Assembly (NCBI GenBank): GCA_965226495.1
Contig: OZ245365.1
Coordinates: forward strand, 3,232,001 to 3,296,000
Length of the DNA stretch: 64,000 nt
Direction: 5' to 3'
Origin: Candidatus Marinacidobacterales bacterium
Lineage (GTDB): Bacteria > Acidobacteriota > Vicinamibacteria > Marinacidobacterales > DATDRI01
The notes under the pieces are model-generated. The model saw only the letters and a list, made by a program, of their open reading frames with translations, made no database searches and was not told where the DNA came from. Both the position numbers and the translations under genes were made by a program. Every line of letters begins with the position of its first letter. Positions within the stretch are counted from its first letter, which is position 1. This document shows positions 47,392 through 56,874 of the stretch, piece after piece.

Positions 47392-48297
47392 GTGGGCCTG
47401 AATCAAGGCTACTCCTATCGACAGAGACTGGGCTCCGAAGCCGCGGATCTCACCGTCCTCGAATACCTCAGCCGACGCTACCAGCATTCTTCCGCCGACC
47501 AGTGGCGAGCCAGGATCGAAGCGGGGCTAGTCCTGCTCGACGGAGAACCCGCCGCTTCTGGTGAAATCATCCACACCGGTCAAACGCTGGTCTGGCGCCG
47601 ACCACCCTGGCAAGAACCGAACGCCCCGGTTTCGTTTGCCGTCCTTCACGAGGACGAGCACGTGCTGGCAATTGCGAAACCGACCGGGCTTCCGACGCTT
47701 CCCGGTGGCGGCTTTCTGGTCAACACGCTTCTCAGTATCGTGCGCAAACACTATCCAGACGCGACGCCTCTTCACCGATTGGGCCGCGCGACCTCTGGGA
47801 TCATGCTCTGGGCGCGAACCGGCCTGGCACGTCGCCGGTTGCGACAAGCTTGGGAGACGGATGTCGTCAGAGTGTACCGGACGTTGGTCCAGGGCGTGAT
47901 CGATCAAGAGGAGCTGACGGTCGAAACACCCATCGGGGCCGTGCCGCACTTGCTGCTTGGTACCGTCTATGCGGCCACCCCCGCTGGCAAGCCTTCCCTG
48001 AGTCGGGTCCGAACGCTCGAGCGATCCAGCAACACGTCCTTGGTCGAGGTCCGGCTGGAAACCGGAAGACCCCATCAAATCCGAATCCACCTCGCGGCAG
48101 CCGGTTATCCACTGGTTGGAGATCCGCTTTACGACATCGGTGGCGTGCCGAAAGCGAAGAGTCGTGCCCTTCCAGGAGACCTTGGCTACCTCCTTCACTC
48201 GGAACGAGTGACCTTCCGGCACCCCGGCACCGAGCGACTCATTGAAGTGGCGTGTCTCCCACCCCCGCTTCTGAGATTGACAAGAAACCCCTTATAA
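47392..48297 (+). CDS. RluA-family pseudouridine-synthase-like protein (HRLG variant) with S4-like N-terminus
   Basis: KPTGLP, HRLGRATSG, TGRPHQIRIH, GDPLY. Confidence 0.85.
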   Translation: MGLNQGYSYRQRLGSEAADLTVLEYLSRRYQHSSADQWRARIEAGLVLLDGEPAASGEIIHTGQTLVWRRPPWQEPNAPVSFAVLHEDEHVLAIAKPTGLPTLPGGGFLVNTLLSIVRKHYPDATPLHRLGRATSGIMLWARTGLARRRLRQAWETDVVRVYRTLVQGVIDQEELTVETPIGAVPHLLLGTVYAATPAGKPSLSRVRTLERSSNTSLVEVRLETGRPHQIRIHLAAAGYPLVGDPLYDIGGVPKAKSRALPGDLGYLLHSERVTFRHPGTERLIEVACLPPPLLRLTRNPL

Positions 48298-48307
48298 TAA
48301 TCTCGCC

Positions 48308-49039
48308 ATGTCGCGAACCGCCGCCGCCCTCATCATCGGGAACGAGCTCCTCGGCGGCAAAATCCAGGAAAGCAACCTCCGCCAGCTCGCCCAGCTCTTG
48401 CGGCAACTCGGCATCAGCCTGAACCGTACCGTGATCGTGGCGGACGATGTAGCAACCATATCGCAAGAAGTCGCGGCGCTGTCTTCGGCCCATGACTTCC
48501 TCTTCACGAGCGGCGGAGTCGGCCCAACCCACGACGACGTCACGATGGAGGGAGTCGCTTCCGCCTTCGGCGTGCCGGTGGTGACCGATCCCGTCCTCGA
48601 AGAGAAGCTGCGTCTGCATTTCGGAGACAGTATCAACGAGAACCATCTCCGCTTGGCTCTGGTACCGCGAGGCACGCTTTTACTCTCCAACGCCAACTCA
48701 CTTTGGCCGGCGACAGTCATGGCGAACGTGTGGATCCTGCCGGGAATCCCGGAAGTGTTTCAGAAGAAACTGCCGATCGTGCAAGAGCACTTGGGCGGAG
48801 ACTTGCCGTTCCTATCGCGTGCGGTCTACACCAAGCTCGATGAAGCCGATCTCGCTCCCCTGTTGAACGAAGTCGTTCGCAACCACCTGACAGTCGATAT
48901 TGGCTCCTACCCGACGTGGGCGGATCGGAAATACAGTACGAAGCTGACCTTCGATGGAAAGGACGGCGATGCCATTAGCCGGGCGGTAGATGAATTCGTA
49001 GCTTTGCTGCCCGATGGCGAGCCCCAGTGGATCGAATAG
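48308..49039 (+). CDS. CinA N-terminal / molybdopterin-binding-domain protein
   Basis: IGNELLGG, TSGGVGPTHDDVT, LPGIP. Confidence 0.85.
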   Translation: MSRTAAALIIGNELLGGKIQESNLRQLAQLLRQLGISLNRTVIVADDVATISQEVAALSSAHDFLFTSGGVGPTHDDVTMEGVASAFGVPVVTDPVLEEKLRLHFGDSINENHLRLALVPRGTLLLSNANSLWPATVMANVWILPGIPEVFQKKLPIVQEHLGGDLPFLSRAVYTKLDEADLAPLLNEVVRNHLTVDIGSYPTWADRKYSTKLTFDGKDGDAISRAVDEFVALLPDGEPQWIE

Positions 49040-49064
49040 CCCCTCCGGGGGCGCGGAGGTACGT

Positions 49065-49330
49065 ATGAGGTTGATCGTATCCATTTCTTTTTTCCTTCTC
49101 TCTTCCACCACGCTGTGTGCCCAATTTTTCGAACCTGAAGTCTATGAGACGCGACGCGAGGCGGTGCTGGAGAATTTGGGCGAGGCGATCGCGATCGTTC
49201 CTGGTTACTCCGGGGCGCTGGGCATGGGTGTCTACCGACAGTCGGCCCACCTCATTTACTTGGCAGGTGTGGAAACTCCCAACGCCTATTTGGTCCTGGA
49301 CGGTCGCTCGAAACGGTACTTCGTTGCCCC
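49065..49330 (+). pseudogene. N-terminal fragment of a secreted aminopeptidase P (M24)
   Basis: Signal peptide, YETRREAV, YRQSAHLIYLAGVETPNAYLVLDG; cut off by a transposase fragment. Confidence 0.65.
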
Positions 49331-50048
49331 TCAGCCTGTCTCGCATTCACTGGACACCGGGCGCAAAAACGCTTTTCTACGAAGCGAAAGGCTCACATGA
49401 CGACCCCCTCGCTTCTCATCCGCGAGGCGAGGCCCTCGATGTCTTCGAGTTCCTGGCCCGAGTCCTCACGCAAATCCCCAAGCCTCGGCAACACGGCGTG
49501 CACTACATGGGCGCCTACTCCTCGAGAGCGCGCGCCTTTCGAAAAAGGAAAAACCGCCGCCTGCAATCACTCACCAGCCAACAAAACCCCAAAGCCAACT
49601 CTGAGCCGAACCTGTCTCCCAAAAAGCGTGCCGCGCTCAGAAAAAGATGGGCACAGCTCATCAAGCTCATCAGGCGCGTTCATCAGACCGACCCTCTCCG
49701 GTGCGACTGCGGAGGCACCTATCGCGTCATCGCCTTCATCACCGAGCAGAAGGTGATTCGGAAAATCTTGGCTCATCTCGAAAAAAGAAGAAGAAAAAGC
49801 GACTCGCACCCGCCACCCGAGCCCTAGTCACTGGCTTCACACCACGCCACTTGTCCGTTACCCCGACACCAGACGGCCGGAGTGTTTCTTCAACACCTAA
49901 CTCCCCCGGCGGGAGACACTTCTCAACCGCCTTGCCCCGTTTGCTCGAGTTCTGCTACCCTCACCAGGACTCACTCGGACTGCACAGACCCATTCTGGTG
50001 GGGAAAACTCGCGGGCCGGCGCTCGGGAGCGTATGAATTTTCCTATCC
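49326..50048 (+). mobile_element. IS91-family (Y2 transposase) 3' remnant
   Basis: EFLARVLTQIP.PRQH.VHY.GAYS, WAQLI..V...DPLRCDCGG.YRVIAFITE..VIRKILAHL (ORF ends 49827). The right limit is approximate. Confidence 0.7.
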
Positions 50049-50119
50049 TTTATCCTTTCTCCACGAACGCCCGTTAAGCGTCCTGCCCCCCTAATGTAGC
50101 GCGCCGTCCGAGCAAAAGT

Positions 50120-51478
50120 TCACTGGCGCTCGCTCACTCCGGTTGCCTCAATCGGTAGGGTAATTGTGAATTCGGTGCCCTTTCCCACCTGGCTGGCTAC
50201 TTCTATCTGGCCACGGTGTTTGTGCACAATGTGCCGAGCGGCCGTTAAGCCCAGGTTCGCTCCGACTCTAGAACCTTGGGATCGAAAGCCCAAATCGAAG
50301 AGGGTCCTCGCGTCTTCCGGCGACATGCCTTTTCCGGTATCTAAGATCTTAGACGTAGAGGGTCCTCGCGTCTTCCGGCGAACACTCTTCTCCTTCGTGA
50401 AAGTTCTAATTGTGACGCTGCCCCGCCATTCAACCGCCTGTATGGCAGTCATCAGTAAAGCCATGAAGACTTGGTTGAGCTCGCCGTGGTTACCATGAAT
50501 CTCCGGAATACAGCCATACTCTTTTACCAAACTTATTCCCTCCTTAATTTCGTTTTGAATTAAGGTTAGGGTACTTTCAATTCCTTCGTGAATGTTGGCC
50601 TTCTGGAATTCGCCTTCGTCCAATCTAGTAAAACTCTTCAAACTCTTTGCTATTCTGGCGATTCTGTCACTGGCAGATGAAGAAGTCTGACTATTTTCTT
50701 GGAGAATTCTAAGGCACTCTTGATAATCACGACTATTCTTGACTTCAGCAGGCGTTTCGCTATTTTCCAAAATCTGCTCCAACCTAGCGACAGAACGAAT
50801 TAACACGTCCGCATTACCCTTAATCACGCCAATAGGCGTATTGATTTCGTGAACAATGCCTGCGGTAAGCTGTCCGAGGGCCGCCATCTTCTCAGATTGA
50901 ACCAATTGAGCCTGGGCAGTTTGTAACTCGCTCTCCACTCGCTTGCGCTCCAGTTCAGCGGTGGCTCGTGCAGCGAAGATTTTGAAAATCGACAGGTCAC
51001 GATGTTCACCAGTCATGGGCTTATCATCTAACGTGGCCAAGTGGCCTAGCACATCGCCCGAAGAGTCGACTAGTGGTATCGCCAGATAGCTCTCCGCACC
51101 TAATTCGACGAGTGCTTCATCCTCCGGAAAAGCAGATTGCACATTTTCAGCATAGCGACAAATCTCGCCGCGCAACACTTTCTCGCAGGGTGTTCCAGCA
51201 AGATTGTAGCCATAGTTGTCCATAAAGCTATGGTCTTTCCAAAAGGCCAGTGTTCTGACTCTGGTTTTCACCTCCGTAAACTCGGAAATGAAGGCATAGC
51301 GTACGTGAAGCGCGCAGGCAAGATTTCGGACAAGCGAACGAAAAAAATCATCGCCCGTCAATGGAGCTGTACCTTCAATGATCGTGCGGAATATGTCATC
51401 CCGACTTGCTTGGGTTCTCTGCATCGCTGTCGGGCCCACAACACTCGATCCAAAGGACTGACTGACGCAATAGCTCAT
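50120..51478 (-). CDS. GAF-domain sensor histidine kinase (NtrB-like)
   Basis: GTPCE/ESYLAIPL GAF; QSEKMAALGQLTAGIVHEINTP; NQVF, DTGKG, GLT, GKGTEF. Confidence 0.85.
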   Translation of the reverse strand: MSYCVSQSFGSSVVGPTAMQRTQASRDDIFRTIIEGTAPLTGDDFFRSLVRNLACALHVRYAFISEFTEVKTRVRTLAFWKDHSFMDNYGYNLAGTPCEKVLRGEICRYAENVQSAFPEDEALVELGAESYLAIPLVDSSGDVLGHLATLDDKPMTGEHRDLSIFKIFAARATAELERKRVESELQTAQAQLVQSEKMAALGQLTAGIVHEINTPIGVIKGNADVLIRSVARLEQILENSETPAEVKNSRDYQECLRILQENSQTSSSASDRIARIAKSLKSFTRLDEGEFQKANIHEGIESTLTLIQNEIKEGISLVKEYGCIPEIHGNHGELNQVFMALLMTAIQAVEWRGSVTIRTFTKEKSVRRKTRGPSTSKILDTGKGMSPEDARTLFDLGFRSQGSRVGANLGLTAARHIVHKHRGQIEVASQVGKGTEFTITLPIEATGVSERQ

Positions 51479-52326
51479 TGTAAGCTCCTTCTTCTAACGT
51501 CGTTTCTCAGAGAGTTTCGATCCGCCGTTCTAGGTTTCGGTGCCAACCGAGCCCGAGAGCCTCGGGGTCCTCGCGGGAGACAAGGTTGCTCGCTTGCGAC
51601 GCGCAGCTTTGCTGGCCCATCTGTCTCTTGATAGCGCTCGAGCGCGTTTCGAACCTTCGTGCGTCCCCGGTGGAGCAACACTTTTTGATTGGCCTCGGTC
51701 AGTCCAAGTACTTGACAGACCTCTTCCGCGGACCAGCCCTCGATATCCCGCAGGGTGACGACCTCGGCTTGTCGCGGGGGCATCGACTGAAGTTCCTTCC
51801 GGATCATCGTGATCGTTTCTGTCGACAAGAGACGATCTTCGGGCGTCTGTCTCCATCGGCGAGGCGGGGACATCCAGGCGTGTCGATCGTCTGAGAATCG
51901 CTCGGCTGCCGCCGCAAGATTGTCGGCAGGGTTCTCGATTTCACTCAGGGACGAAAACGGGACCGTCCGTCGTTCCCTCTTGGCTCTCGTTCGCGCGACA
52001 TTCATGAGAATCGAGAAGATCCAAGTTTTGAGTGAAGAGCGACCCTCGAAGCGCTCCAGGCCTCGAATCGCCGCGAGCCAAGTCTCCTGAACTACCTCTT
52101 CCGCCATCTCTCGATCAGAAAGGACCGATCTCGCGAGGCCAAGCATGGACGACGAGAGCCGCTCGAGCAAGACCTCGAACGCCCTCTCGTTGCCGGCCCG
52201 GAGTGCCTCTATGAAGTCCTTCTCTTGATGGTATCCGTCGGCGCTCTGCCCCCGCTGGAGAGGCCACAGGATGGTGGTCGGGCTCGTTGCAACCGTTTCC
52301 ATTTGCTGGGTCATGTGCTGGGTCAT
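51475..52326 (-). CDS. ECF RNA polymerase sigma factor
   Basis: AEEVVQETWL, FEGRSSLKTWIF, LRDIEGWSAEEVC..LG....NQKVLLHRGR. Start after AAGGAG RBS. Confidence 0.9.
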   Translation of the reverse strand: MTQHMTQQMETVATSPTTILWPLQRGQSADGYHQEKDFIEALRAGNERAFEVLLERLSSSMLGLARSVLSDREMAEEVVQETWLAAIRGLERFEGRSSLKTWIFSILMNVARTRAKRERRTVPFSSLSEIENPADNLAAAAERFSDDRHAWMSPPRRWRQTPEDRLLSTETITMIRKELQSMPPRQAEVVTLRDIEGWSAEEVCQVLGLTEANQKVLLHRGRTKVRNALERYQETDGPAKLRVASEQPCLPRGPRGSRARLAPKPRTADRNSLRNDVRRRSLQ

Positions 52327-52420
52327 GGAATTTCTCCTTTCCTGGAAAGCAATTTGCCAGTGGCCCCTCTGGAACACCATGCCGAGCAGATCACGGGTGC
52401 GTCAAAGCGTCTTCACGATG

Positions 52421-52433
52421 CAAATAATTGATT
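52421..52433 (-). promoter_or_regulatory. IHF-consensus site
   Basis: Minus strand AATCAATTATTTG matches WATCAANNNNTTR exactly. Confidence 0.45.
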
Positions 52434-52485
52434 CTTAAAGAGTTGGTGAGTTGGATCACGCAGAAAAGGGTGGGTTGCCCCAAGG

Positions 52486-52516
52486 AAAAAGGTCCCGCGC
52501 CTTTCGGCGGGGACCT
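52486..52516 (-). terminator. Intrinsic terminator after the P460-family gene
   Basis: AGGTCCC(G)CGCC-tttc-GGCGGGGACCT stem with a T-tract on the minus strand. Confidence 0.7.
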
Positions 52517-52540
52517 CGAGGATGAGCGCCAAACCCTAAG

Positions 52541-53746
52541 CTATTTGGGCGGATACTCCGTCAAGACAAAGTCCTTGCCCGTGGAGTGGCAGCCGGAGCA
52601 GAGGGGAAGGCCGTTGCCAACCCCGACAATGTCACTGCTGTCTTCCGTGTTGGTCGTTTCGTACCAGAACCAACCCTGCCCTTGAGCGCTGTCTTCTTGG
52701 GTCTTGACCATCACCGCCCAGCCGAGAAGCTCGGAACCATCCTCGCTGTACATTTCCTTCACGATCGATGAGCCGGCCGGATGCGACGCATTTCCTGCCG
52801 CGAGGGAAGCGTCGATCTTGGCATCCAAGTAGACGCGAACCGGCCAGCTGAACTTGGCATGGGGTCCTCGGGAAGCGTGTTTCTCAGATTCTTGGCTCTC
52901 GAATGACCTGTATGAGCCAGCTTTGAGGAATTCGTGAAGCCTTTGGGCTTCGGTGGGCACGACCGAGTCCACGGTAGGTGTATCGGCTGTCGCTTTCATG
53001 GCCGACTCGGACGCGCCGAGCATCGTATCCGCCATGCGATCGTACGACTCGTCGCCGCTTCGCATCGCCGCGCCGCTGGGAGACGCTGAGGAAGGAGAGC
53101 CCAGAGAGCTCTGCCGCGGCCCCTTTGCGGCGCGCAGCACCGGATAGTACTGGGTAAAGACCCCATTATCCGCGGCAGCCGCTTCGTGGCAGGAGCTACA
53201 TGCCGCGGCTGGGAATTTCTCTGCGGTGTCCGCAAGCGGATAGCTATGGCCGAAGCTGAAGTAAGCCCAGTTCCCTGGCTCGTCGGGAAAACGGTTCGAG
53301 TCCTTGACAGCGGCCTCCAAACCGATGAACTCGCCCATGAAGTAGCCTCTACCGCTAGCGGCCGCCTTCGAGCCCACGCTGACGAGCTCCTTGACCAGGA
53401 CTGTCCCCTCCCGGAAATTTCCGGTTTCCATGTAGTGGTCGTAGCTCTCGGGATCGATATAGACGTTGTGGAAGTCCGGGAACGGCGCTTCGGGCGGATT
53501 CATGTCGTTGGGTGTCAGCGGCGTTCCGATGTACACCCACGTCCGGTAACCCGTGGGCCGGATGAGCCAACCCTGGCCATCGAAGTGGACCGGCGTTTCC
53601 TCCTGCGGTGGCTCGGCCGTCGCAAAGAGAGCAGGACTGAGGATGTAGCTCGATGCGAGAACCGTCAGCCCCATAACAACGGCCAGGCCCACAACCCTCG
53701 ATCCAAAGGACTGAATGACGCGATACTTCATTTGCATTTCGTTCAT
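52541..53746 (-). CDS. Tandem two-domain cytochrome P460 / c'-beta family protein
   Basis: Domain 1: YRTWVYIG, FHNVYIDP, GTVLVKE, GNWAYF, CSSCH. Domain 2: GSSIVKE, GWFWYE, CSGCH. Confidence 0.85.
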   Translation of the reverse strand: MNEMQMKYRVIQSFGSRVVGLAVVMGLTVLASSYILSPALFATAEPPQEETPVHFDGQGWLIRPTGYRTWVYIGTPLTPNDMNPPEAPFPDFHNVYIDPESYDHYMETGNFREGTVLVKELVSVGSKAAASGRGYFMGEFIGLEAAVKDSNRFPDEPGNWAYFSFGHSYPLADTAEKFPAAACSSCHEAAAADNGVFTQYYPVLRAAKGPRQSSLGSPSSASPSGAAMRSGDESYDRMADTMLGASESAMKATADTPTVDSVVPTEAQRLHEFLKAGSYRSFESQESEKHASRGPHAKFSWPVRVYLDAKIDASLAAGNASHPAGSSIVKEMYSEDGSELLGWAVMVKTQEDSAQGQGWFWYETTNTEDSSDIVGVGNGLPLCSGCHSTGKDFVLTEYPPK

Positions 53747-53754
53747 ACAGATAC

Positions 53755-53827
53755 AGTCTCCCGCTGCAGATTTCCGTTACGCTGTTCGGTCGGAATCCGT
53801 GTAACGAAAAGGCAGGGACGGAAGACT
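53755..53827. promoter_or_regulatory. Back-to-back ECF-type promoters (P460 gene and anti-sigma gene)
   Basis: Minus GTAACG-N16-GACT (53780..53755); plus TGTAACG-N17-GACT (53800..53827). Confidence 0.65.
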
Positions 53828-53864
53828 TGTCATAGTGCCGGAACTGATCCCTTCGGAATACTCG

Positions 53865-54113
53865 ATGGCGCCTGACGCACTCACTTGCCGGGAGCTCGCA
53901 GAGCTCCTCACCGACTACCTAGAGGAATCGCTTCCCGCTCCCCAGCGGAAACGGTTCGAAGCGCACCTACGCAATTGCAAGAGTTGTCAGGACGACCTGG
54001 AGGAAATGCGGGCAACGTTGATTGCCCTGAGGCGTCTACCCAGGGAGTCTCTAAAACTGGCGACGAAGCACAGGCTGCTTCGGGCATTCAGAAGATGTAC
54101 TCAACGGCATTAG
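53865..54113 (+). CDS. zf-HC2 (ZAS) anti-sigma factor
   Basis: LTCRE...LTDYLE..L....FEAHLRNCKSC (HxxxCxxC). Confidence 0.85.
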   Translation: MAPDALTCRELAELLTDYLEESLPAPQRKRFEAHLRNCKSCQDDLEEMRATLIALRRLPRESLKLATKHRLLRAFRRCTQRH

Positions 54114-54241
54114 CTGTTCGACAACATCTACGTTGACACCCAGCGGACAAATCGAACTTAGGAGATGGGAAGAAAACTGCCCGGTTCGTTGCGTGACGTC
54201 TCGAGCGAACACTATAATCAGCTCGAAATCCGGGCCAGGCC

Positions 54242-56116
54242 ATGTCGACGTTTCAATCGTCCAACTCCATCCGATTTGGGAACTTTGAAGTCGATCCCCG
54301 CGCTGGAGAGCTAAGGAAGAACGGACGGCCGGTTAAGCTCCAGGAACAACCCCTCCAGCTCTTGCTCTTGCTTCTTGAGCATCCTGGCGAAGTCGTAACC
54401 CAGGAAGAAGCGCGAAATACTCTCTGGAGAGAGGATACTTTCGTCGACTTTGAACATGGTCTCGGCGCCGCACTGAACCGTTTGCGCGCCGCCCTGGGTG
54501 ACTCCGCGAGTAATCCTCGTTTCATCGAAACGCTGCCTCGCCACGGATATCGGTTCATCGCGCCCGTAGCGGCAGGCTCGCCGAACGAACCGGAATCCGT
54601 GGCGGTGAGTCCGCCGACGAAACCTGTCGCCTTTAGATATGGCGGCTGGGTGGTCGCTTTCGGGGCGTTGATGCTCTCGATCTATCTGCTGAGAGAGCGT
54701 GTTCCGGCACCAACAAGCGCCGGCGCGGACACGAATATGCTCGTCGTGCTTCCCTTCGACAACTTGAGCGGCGACCCGGAGCAAGAGTATTTCAGCGACG
54801 GCCTGACCGAGGAGATCATCACCCACGTGGGCCAACTTAGCTTTGAACGACTCGGCGTCATTGCCCGCACGTCGAGCATGACATACAAGAACACGACACA
54901 GACGATCGAGCAGATAGGGCAGGATCTCGGCGTGAACTACGTGCTCGAGGGAAGTGTGCGGCGTGAGGGCGGACGCGTCCGGATTACCGCCCAGCTCATC
55001 TCCGTGAGCGATCAAACCCATGTTTGGGCAGAGAGCTACGACCGCGAGCTCCAAGGGATTCTTGCCTTGCAAAGCGACGTTTCCCGGCAGGTCGCCAAGG
55101 CCGTGGCCGGCGAGCTTGGGCTTGCGAACGACCCGGTGGTTGCCCCAGAACTGGCGCACACGGACGCTTATGACGCGTACCTCAAAGGTCGTTTCTACTG
55201 GAACAAGCGCGATGCCCAGGGCTTCCAGAAAGCCATCGAGTACTTCCAAGAGGCCATCGACATCGACCCGCGTTTCGCGCCTGCATACGCGGGGCTGGCT
55301 GACTGCTACGCGCTGCTAAGCGTCTCCTTTGACCTGCTACCTCCGGGAGAGGCGCAGTCCAAAGCGAGGACGATGGCCAGAAAAGCACTGGAAATCGACC
55401 CCAACCTGGCCGAAGCCTATGCTTCCCTGGGACTCGTACGGCACGGTTACGATTGGGACTGGGCGGGCGCATCCGAAGCGTTCCAGCGCGCCATCGAACT
55501 CAACCCAAGCTATGCGACCGCATACCACTGGCACGCACTTCATCTGGCAGGCATGGGTCGGTTCGAGCAAGCGCTCGATGAAATGAGACGAGCCCGGGCT
55601 CTGGATCCTCTCTCTCTGATCATCAACACTGACCTAGGGAGGGTGCTCTATACCGCGCGCCGGTACGACGAGGCCACAAAACAGTTGCAAGAAACCCTGG
55701 GTTTGGACCCGCACTTCGTGCCGGCGCGCATCTGGCTGTCTAGCGTATACCTGCAGAGAAAAATGTTCGAAGAGGCCATCGAAGTCTCCCGGACGGTAGC
55801 TACCATCGAGAACGGTGGACCGACGGCACTCGCCCTGCTCGGCGCCAGTTATGCCGCGGCGGGAAAGACAACCGACGCCATGGAAATTCTCCAGACGCTA
55901 AAACAGTTGTCCAACCAGCGCCACGTGTCACCAGCAAGCATCGCGCTCGTGTACGCGAACCTTGGCGACCCCGATGAGGCGTTTGCCTGGCTGGAGAAGG
56001 CTTTCGGGCAACGTTCCGGCTCCCTCCGACTGCTCAAGGTGGATCCCGTATTCGATCCCCTTCGCTCCGATCCGCGTTTTCAGGGTCTGCTTACACGCAT
56101 GAACTTCCCGGAGTGA
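54242..56116 (+). CDS. Winged-helix (Trans_reg_C) membrane regulator with TolB-like and TPR domains
   Basis: LRAALGDSASNPRFIETLPRHGYRFIAPV; VLPFDNLSGD.EQEYFSDGLTEE; TPRs. Confidence 0.88.
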   Translation: MSTFQSSNSIRFGNFEVDPRAGELRKNGRPVKLQEQPLQLLLLLLEHPGEVVTQEEARNTLWREDTFVDFEHGLGAALNRLRAALGDSASNPRFIETLPRHGYRFIAPVAAGSPNEPESVAVSPPTKPVAFRYGGWVVAFGALMLSIYLLRERVPAPTSAGADTNMLVVLPFDNLSGDPEQEYFSDGLTEEIITHVGQLSFERLGVIARTSSMTYKNTTQTIEQIGQDLGVNYVLEGSVRREGGRVRITAQLISVSDQTHVWAESYDRELQGILALQSDVSRQVAKAVAGELGLANDPVVAPELAHTDAYDAYLKGRFYWNKRDAQGFQKAIEYFQEAIDIDPRFAPAYAGLADCYALLSVSFDLLPPGEAQSKARTMARKALEIDPNLAEAYASLGLVRHGYDWDWAGASEAFQRAIELNPSYATAYHWHALHLAGMGRFEQALDEMRRARALDPLSLIINTDLGRVLYTARRYDEATKQLQETLGLDPHFVPARIWLSSVYLQRKMFEEAIEVSRTVATIENGGPTALALLGASYAAAGKTTDAMEILQTLKQLSNQRHVSPASIALVYANLGDPDEAFAWLEKAFGQRSGSLRLLKVDPVFDPLRSDPRFQGLLTRMNFPE

Positions 56117-56135
56117 ATCGTCGCTCGTAAAGGAA

Positions 56136-56173
56136 GCGCCCTGGGAGCCGCCGACAAGCCGCTCCCAGGGCGC
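56136..56173. terminator. Hairpin between convergent genes
   Basis: GCGCCCTGGGAGC-12 nt-GCTCCCAGGGCGC perfect 13-bp IR. Confidence 0.7.
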
Positions 56174-56190
56174 CCGGGCAGGCAAGCAAA

Positions 56191-56727
56191 CTAGCTCTCT
56201 TCCACGATATCCGGCTTCAGGGTGCCAATGATCTCGAGAAGCTCTGATTTCTCGGCGGCAGGAACTTTGAATTTATCCAAGGTGTCAACCAAGTGTTGCA
56301 CCACGATGTTGAATTCCTTTTCAGTGATGCCGAGTCCACCATGAATGGTCTTGGCTGGCCGGCTGATGATCTTGCAGGGGCCCCCGGTGACGTTGCAGAC
56401 CAAATTCTTGTTCTTCTGCCTGAACTGCTGCCTTGTATCATCGCCCATGCCCCTGAAAAACTGGGCAATGCGAGGATCAACAAACAACTTTCCCGCGAAG
56501 TCGTCGACCACGGCAGAAATCGCATCGTACCCGCCGAGCCGCTCGTATAACGATTTTCCCTCATCTGATTCATCTGGAGCCGACGAGCTCTCGACCGCAG
56601 ACTCCAACAATGGGAGGCTGCCTTCGACAAGCGACGGCGGAGTCACAAGCAATACGGTTGCTAAGAAGAGCCCCTCACCCAGAAGAAAACTCCTCGTTCT
56701 TCTCCAATTTCCTATTGCAAACATCAC
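56191..56727 (-). CDS. Group I truncated hemoglobin with N-terminal signal/TM extension
   Basis: SLYERLGG, DPRIAQFF, TGGPC, HGGLGITEKEF; CDS preceded by an AGGAGG RBS. Confidence 0.85.
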   Translation of the reverse strand: MMFAIGNWRRTRSFLLGEGLFLATVLLVTPPSLVEGSLPLLESAVESSSAPDESDEGKSLYERLGGYDAISAVVDDFAGKLFVDPRIAQFFRGMGDDTRQQFRQKNKNLVCNVTGGPCKIISRPAKTIHGGLGITEKEFNIVVQHLVDTLDKFKVPAAEKSELLEIIGTLKPDIVEES

Positions 56728-56794
56728 AATCCTCCTTTTTAGGTTCGTGCCCTTCGGCGATCGTTCACCTGGGACAACGCACGTTCAGAGGCCT

Positions 56795-56863
56795 AGTCCA
56801 TCTATGAGGCGTTTCGTTACAAGGTGAAACCTGGGATGTAACGTTTCAACCTACGGGAGGACT
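56795..56863. promoter_or_regulatory. Back-to-back ECF-type promoters (globin gene and hemA)
   Basis: Minus TGTAACG-N16-GACT (56821..56795); plus TGTAACG-N16-GACT (56837..56863). Confidence 0.65.
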
Positions 56864-56874
56864 ATTTCTATGCC

